A stretch of DNA of 64,000 nucleotides, from positions 728-64,727 of the forward strand of contig CAVVXX010000011.1 in the NCBI GenBank assembly GCA_963752395.1, read 5' to 3'. A model generated the notes under the pieces. It made no database searches and had not been told where the DNA came from. It saw only the letters and a list, made by a program, of their open reading frames with translations. Shown piece after piece: positions 57,547 through 64,000 of this stretch. The translations under genes were made by a program, and so were the position numbers. How positions within the stretch are numbered: the first letter of the stretch is position 1; each line of letters begins with the position of its first letter. Source of the stretch: an uncultured Alphaproteobacteria bacterium (GTDB lineage Bacteria > Pseudomonadota > Alphaproteobacteria > Micropepsales > Micropepsaceae).

Positions 57547-58566
57547 ATGGCCGACGCATCCAAGCACAAACCGCTGGTCTTTTCCGGCATGCAGCCCACC
57601 AACACGCTGCATCTCGGCAATTATCTGGGCGCGTTGAAGAACTGGGTGAAGCTGCAGGAGCACATGCCCTGCATTTACTGCGTGGTCGATATGCATGCGA
57701 TCACTACGTGGCAGGAGCCGAAAGAACTGGCGCAGGCCACGCGCGAGGTGACGGCAGCCTATATCGCGGCGGGGGTCGACCCTAAGCGTTCGATCCTGTT
57801 CGCACAATCGCAGGTGCCGGAACATGCCGAGCTCGCCTGGGTGTTCAACTGCGTGGCGAGGCTCGGCTGGCTCGACCGCATGACGCAGTTCAAGGAAAAA
57901 ACCGGCAAGCACAAGGAACGCTCCTCCGTAGGGCTGTATATTTATCCGACGCTAATGGCGGCCGACATTCTCGCCTACAAGGCAACGCATGTGCCCGTGG
58001 GCGAAGACCAGAAACAGCATCTGGAGCTTACCCGCGACATCGCGCAGAAGTTTAACAATGATTTTTCCGCGCCTGATTTTTTCCCGCTGCCAGAGCCGGT
58101 AATCACGGGGCCAGGAACGCGGGTAATGAGCCTGCGCGACGGGCAGAAGAAAATGTCGAAGTCCGATGAATCCGATCTTTCGCGCATCAACCTGACGGAC
58201 AACGCCGACATGATCGCGCAAAAAATCCGCAAGGCGCGCACCGATCCAGATCCGCTGCCACAAAGCGTGGATGGGCTGAAGGGCCGCGCCGAAGCAGAAA
58301 ACCTGGTGAATATTTTTGCAGCACTTGCCGATGAAACGCCGGAACGCGTGATTGCCGATTACAAGGGCGCGCAATTCTCGAAGTTCAAAGAAGCGCTGGC
58401 CGATCTTGCGGTGACCAAGCTCACGCCCATGGCAAGCGAAATGCGCAGGCTGCTGGCAGATCGTGCAGAGATCGACCGCATTTTGAAAACGGGTGCCGGG
58501 CGCGCCCATGCCATTGCGGCGCCGATCATGGCCGAAGCGCGCCGCGTCGTGGGCTTCGTGGCTTAA
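57547..58566 (+). CDS. trpS: Tryptophan--tRNA ligase
   Basis: The internal ATG of ORF 57508-58566 gives [20 protein letters not shown] (HIGH region) and KMSKSD (KMSKS). Confidence 0.95.
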   Translation: MADASKHKPLVFSGMQPTNTLHLGNYLGALKNWVKLQEHMPCIYCVVDMHAITTWQEPKELAQATREVTAAYIAAGVDPKRSILFAQSQVPEHAELAWVFNCVARLGWLDRMTQFKEKTGKHKERSSVGLYIYPTLMAADILAYKATHVPVGEDQKQHLELTRDIAQKFNNDFSAPDFFPLPEPVITGPGTRVMSLRDGQKKMSKSDESDLSRINLTDNADMIAQKIRKARTDPDPLPQSVDGLKGRAEAENLVNIFAALADETPERVIADYKGAQFSKFKEALADLAVTKLTPMASEMRRLLADRAEIDRILKTGAGRAHAIAAPIMAEARRVVGFVA

Positions 58567-59613
58567 ATGGATTTCGGTCAGGCCCTTCGCCAGTTTGGGC
58601 GCAATTTGCGCGCGCAGCTTGCCGCGCTCTTCGCTTGGCTGCAAAAGAGCCTGCGCGCGGTGGCATCGCGCACGGCCGATACGGCGGCAAGCGGTGGAAG
58701 GCCTTGGGCGCTGGTGATGCGGCCGCGCGGCATATGGCGCGCCCTTGTGTTGCTCATTCTTGCTTTGGTGATTGTCTATCCGTTGACGGCGTGGTGGTTG
58801 AGCATTATCGACGACAATCCCCATTTCGGCGTGGCGGCGAATGCCGTGAAGCCGAACCAAAGTGCGGCAATCGCCGATGCGGCTGCGCTGCTTGACCGCG
58901 AAGTGAACGATCACGGCTGGACTCCGAACGACACGATTTTCTGGCCGACCACGCTGCTCGACAACATGCCGAATTATCAGCTGGGCATTCTGACGGTGCT
59001 CAAGCATTTCACGTCGATACTTGCGGGGGCCGATCCTCAGAATGCCGACCTCAAGGAAGCCAATGAGCTGCTCCACTACCCACCCGATGTCTGGGTGTGG
59101 CAGCCTTCGGCCTCGCTTTGGCCGGCCAGTTCCGAACACAAGTACAACAATGCCATTGCGGCGCTCACGCGCTATAACGTGGCGCTGCTCGCAGGCGCTA
59201 CGCATTTCGATGTTCGCGCTGGCACACTCAAGGCGATACTCACTCGGATCAGAACCGATTTTGACGGGGCGTCCAGCTCGATCGACAGCCGCATCAGCGA
59301 CCGTTCGGGGTTCTTGTTCATTAACAACAAAGCCGATGATGTTTTCTATATGTCGAAAGGCGAACTATACGCCTATTACATTCTGCTCAAGGGCGCTGAG
59401 CATGACTTTGCCGGCATCATCCAACAGCAGAGCGTCGCCAAGAATTGGCAACAGATGATGGATAGTTTGCGCGCAGGCATCGGCTTGCAGCCCTGGTTTG
59501 TCTTGAACCCCGAGCCGGACAGCCAGTTCGTGCCCTGCGTACTCTGCTCGGAAGGATATTATCTGCTGCGCGCGAGCAACGACATGCGGCAAGTCGAGGG
59601 CAAACTTAAATAG
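58567..59613 (+). CDS. DUF2333-like membrane-anchored protein
   Basis: 348-aa ORF with an N-terminal TM segment (ALVLLILALVIVYPLTAWWL) and then a soluble domain with NDHGWTPND...LLDNMPNYQLG. The family assignment is from memory only. Confidence 0.5.
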   Translation: MDFGQALRQFGRNLRAQLAALFAWLQKSLRAVASRTADTAASGGRPWALVMRPRGIWRALVLLILALVIVYPLTAWWLSIIDDNPHFGVAANAVKPNQSAAIADAAALLDREVNDHGWTPNDTIFWPTTLLDNMPNYQLGILTVLKHFTSILAGADPQNADLKEANELLHYPPDVWVWQPSASLWPASSEHKYNNAIAALTRYNVALLAGATHFDVRAGTLKAILTRIRTDFDGASSSIDSRISDRSGFLFINNKADDVFYMSKGELYAYYILLKGAEHDFAGIIQQQSVAKNWQQMMDSLRAGIGLQPWFVLNPEPDSQFVPCVLCSEGYYLLRASNDMRQVEGKLK

Positions 59614-59941
59614 TTTTCGTCTGTTCGCGCGCCCAGGCCAGATAATCGGGATTGCCAGCCTCGATCGGTAGCATCAAAAAACACGGCGTGGTGTAGGGAT
59701 GCAGCGGCCGCAGCGCGGCGATAACGTCGTCGAACCGCTCGCGCCGCGTTTTGACGAAGACCGCAATCTCGCGCGTTTCTTCGCGCTTTCCTTCCCAGGC
59801 ATAAACCGAAGTCATCGACGGATAGATGTTCACGCAGGCGGCCAAGCGGCAATCGATCAGCACGCGCGCGGCTGACAGCGCGGAGTCGTTATCGGGAAAA
59901 GTAGAATAGAGAAAACAGAATTCGGCACGCGCTTCCACCAT
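59606..59941 (-). CDS. cutA: Divalent-cation tolerance protein CutA
   Basis: 111-aa ORF with LAACVNIYPSMTSVYAWEGK and HPYTTPCFLMLPIEAGNPDYLAW motifs. Confidence 0.85.
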   Translation of the reverse strand: MVEARAEFCFLYSTFPDNDSALSAARVLIDCRLAACVNIYPSMTSVYAWEGKREETREIAVFVKTRRERFDDVIAALRPLHPYTTPCFLMLPIEAGNPDYLAWAREQTKTI

Positions 59942-60005
59942 GCGTCGGCCCTTTCGAATCGCCCTTGGGTCACGACTATAATCCCGCCAGAGCGCCGGCC
60001 CTCCC

Positions 60006-60043
60006 GCAAAAGCAAGCGGCCACGCACATTCGTGCGCAGCCGC
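60006..60043 (-). terminator. Rho-independent terminator of katG
   Basis: Hairpin 60016-60043 (GCGGCCACGCAC/GTGCGCAGCCGC, a 12-bp stem with a 2-nt mismatch), followed on the minus strand by TTGCTTTTGC. Confidence 0.55.
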
Positions 60044-60063
60044 AGGTCATCCCAGCCGGTTGG

Positions 60064-62381
<2,318 letters not shown>

Positions 62382-62466
62382 GAGTTGAAACCGGGCTGAG
62401 ATTTAGCTTCCCGGGCCGCGGGCCTCATGCGAAGCCCAATTGCTTGCCATAGCAGTGGGGAAACAC

Positions 62467-62940
62467 ATGAGACGCGTGAATATCGGCTATCTTGGCATGG
62501 CATTGGCTGTCGTGCTGTTAGCGTTCAACGGCACGGCCAGTGCCAAGGAGGCCAGCATGGGACACGTTGTCGGCATCGGTGGCGTGTTCTTCAAAAGCAA
62601 GGACCCCAAGGCATTGGCCGCGTGGTATCGCGACGTACTTGGGCTAGAGATCGCCGACTGGGGCGGCGCGATCCTGCCGCTGCGCGATCGCGCGGCCGCA
62701 CCGAAAGGCGCGGTGCAGGTTTGGAGTCCCTTCAAGCAGGATACGGATTACTTCGCGCCAAGCAGCCGCGAATTCATGATCAATTTCGAAGTAGACAATC
62801 TCGACGCCATCTTGGCGCGTGCGAAAGAAAAGGGCGTGGCTATATTGAAGCGGGACGATGACAGCGATCCCTCGGGCAGTTTCGCCTGGCTGCTCGATCC
62901 AGATGGCACCAAGATCGAACTGTGGCAGCCCAAAGATTAG
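62467..62940 (+). CDS. VOC (glyoxalase fold) family protein with a signal peptide
   Basis: The internal ATG at 62467 of ORF 62440-62940 starts MRRVNIGYLGMALAVVLLAFNGTASA. The sequence continues VVGIGGVFFKSKDPKALAAWYRDVLGL...FAWLLDPDGTKIELWQP. Confidence 0.75.
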   Translation: MRRVNIGYLGMALAVVLLAFNGTASAKEASMGHVVGIGGVFFKSKDPKALAAWYRDVLGLEIADWGGAILPLRDRAAAPKGAVQVWSPFKQDTDYFAPSSREFMINFEVDNLDAILARAKEKGVAILKRDDDSDPSGSFAWLLDPDGTKIELWQPKD

Positions 62941-63539
62941 AGCGGAATATACTTCGGCTGTTTCTCGAAGCGCGTAATCCAGGCCTGCACGGCTGGATAT
63001 TTCGCCAGATCGAAACCGCCTTCGCCTGCGCAATGGGTGTAGGCATAGAGCGCGATATCGGCCACGGAATAATTCCCGCCCGCGAACCAGTCGTGTTTGG
63101 CAAGGTGCGTCTGCATCACGCCCAAGGCGGCGTTACCTCGTTGCTCAAGCATCGGAAGCTCGCCCCGCCTACGTTCCAGCTCGTCCTTGGGTGCGTGGCT
63201 CAGCAAGCGGCGCAGTACAGCAACATAAGGTTCATGGCTGTATTGCTCGAAGAACATCCATTGCAGCGTTAGCCCGCGGTCCCATTTGTCAGCGGGCAGA
63301 AGCTTGGTGCCTTCGCTTAAATACCAAATGATGGCATTTGATTCCGCGAGCAGCCGCCCATCCTCGAATTCCAGCAATGGCACGCGGCCATTCGGATTCT
63401 TGGCGAGAAACGGCGCTTTGCGCGTGTCGCCGTTGTTCTGGCCGTATTCTTTTATGGTGAGCGAGATGCCGAGCTGGTGCGCGACCAGGCGCACCTTGTA
63501 GCAATTTCCAGACATTTCCATGTTGTGAAGAATCGGCAT
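62937..63539 (-). CDS. Glutathione S-transferase family protein
   Basis: The internal ATG at 63539 of ORF 62937-63566 starts MPILHNMEMSGNCYKVRLVAHQLG. The sequence contains NPNGRVPLLEFEDGRLLAESNAIIWYL and a C-terminal helical domain. Confidence 0.85.
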   Translation of the reverse strand: MPILHNMEMSGNCYKVRLVAHQLGISLTIKEYGQNNGDTRKAPFLAKNPNGRVPLLEFEDGRLLAESNAIIWYLSEGTKLLPADKWDRGLTLQWMFFEQYSHEPYVAVLRRLLSHAPKDELERRRGELPMLEQRGNAALGVMQTHLAKHDWFAGGNYSVADIALYAYTHCAGEGGFDLAKYPAVQAWITRFEKQPKYIPL

Positions 63540-63718
63540 CAGTGCCCCCGAAAATGAATGACCCAAACGAAGATGAACAGTATGTACATAGAACGTGAAT
63601 CAAAAAGCCGGAAGGGCGCGAAGCCCACTCCGGCAGATAAAACCCAGATGGGAAAGCAGCGTCACGTTTTCAAGGGGGCGATCAAAAATATTTTCGCGAT
63701 ATGCGGGCCCAAGAAAAA

Positions 63719-63757
63719 AGGACCGGAAGGCAGGCCTCCGGTCCTTTTGTCTGTTTT
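63719..63757 (+). terminator. Strong bidirectional-looking rho-independent terminator with no obvious gene attached
   Basis: An 11-bp stem AGGACCGGA(A)GG / CCTCCGGTCCT (63719-63745) is preceded by AAAAAA and followed by TTTTGTCTGTTTT. Confidence 0.5.
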
Positions 63758-64000
63758 CGCAAATCCCGCGTCAGGCGGTCCGGAGATTGACCGCCTCGGC
63801 GCCGCACGGCCAGCCATCATGAAGCTCCCAGATGGCGAGTTTCAGGGTGAACCTTGGGACAATTCTGATCTAGTATCCATATCGCCCGCCTGAATCAGGT
63901 ACTCGGACGTGAAGTTGGGCAGACGAATCGGATCGACGCCTCCGCGCGCTCGGCACACGCAAATCCTTCGGCGATGGCTTCCGATGCCCGGTGAAAATCG

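Noticed and set aside
57952-59205. Long antisense ORFs: 417 aa here, plus 8046-9020, 16359-17600, 20230-21264, 35640-36605, 38524-39714 and 54713-55627.
   Set aside because: Each lies antisense to a confidently identified gene and has the Arg/Gly/His-rich composition typical of stop-free antisense frames in GC-rich DNA. None has recognisable motifs.

Overview
This is a 64-kb core-chromosome segment of a high-GC alphaproteobacterium. Gene order resembles Hyphomicrobiales/Rhizobiales: ctrA-fliJ-like-sciP, petABC, prs-rplY-pth-ychF, uvrC-pgsA-moaDE, glnD-trpS and katG. I support about 75 protein genes and one tRNA(CAU). There are two families of short palindromic or MITE-like intergenic repeats and a few terminators and operator-like palindromes. 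I saw no rRNA, CRISPR array, transposase, integrase or phage gene, and no convincing large novel system; most of the window is ordinary housekeeping DNA.

The points most worth a second look are:
- A 4.2-kb block (30.5-34.7 kb) lies exactly between two MITE-like repeats. In it apt, mtnA and an aldolase-SDR fusion gene are broken by roughly 30 single-base frame changes, while their amino-acid sequences remain clean. This is more likely an assembly or consensus artefact than gene decay.
- The gene content of that block plus intact mtnP looks like a DHAP-shunt-type MTA/5'-deoxyadenosine salvage cluster, with the aldolase fused to a short-chain dehydrogenase.
- A low-GC two-gene VapC (PIN) module sits between hemF and petA. 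Its 161-aa upstream partner is unusually long and looks like a fusion.
- The conserved MoxR-DUF58-BatA/DUF4159-membrane protein operon carries three independent 1-nt frameshifts.
- A five-hairpin composite repeat lies next to ctrA.

Six isolated frameshifts elsewhere (including proC) show the sequence is indel-prone, so every 'pseudogene' call here is provisional. All coordinates, repeat alignments and indel counts were made by eye from the sequence and the ORF track. No database search was run.
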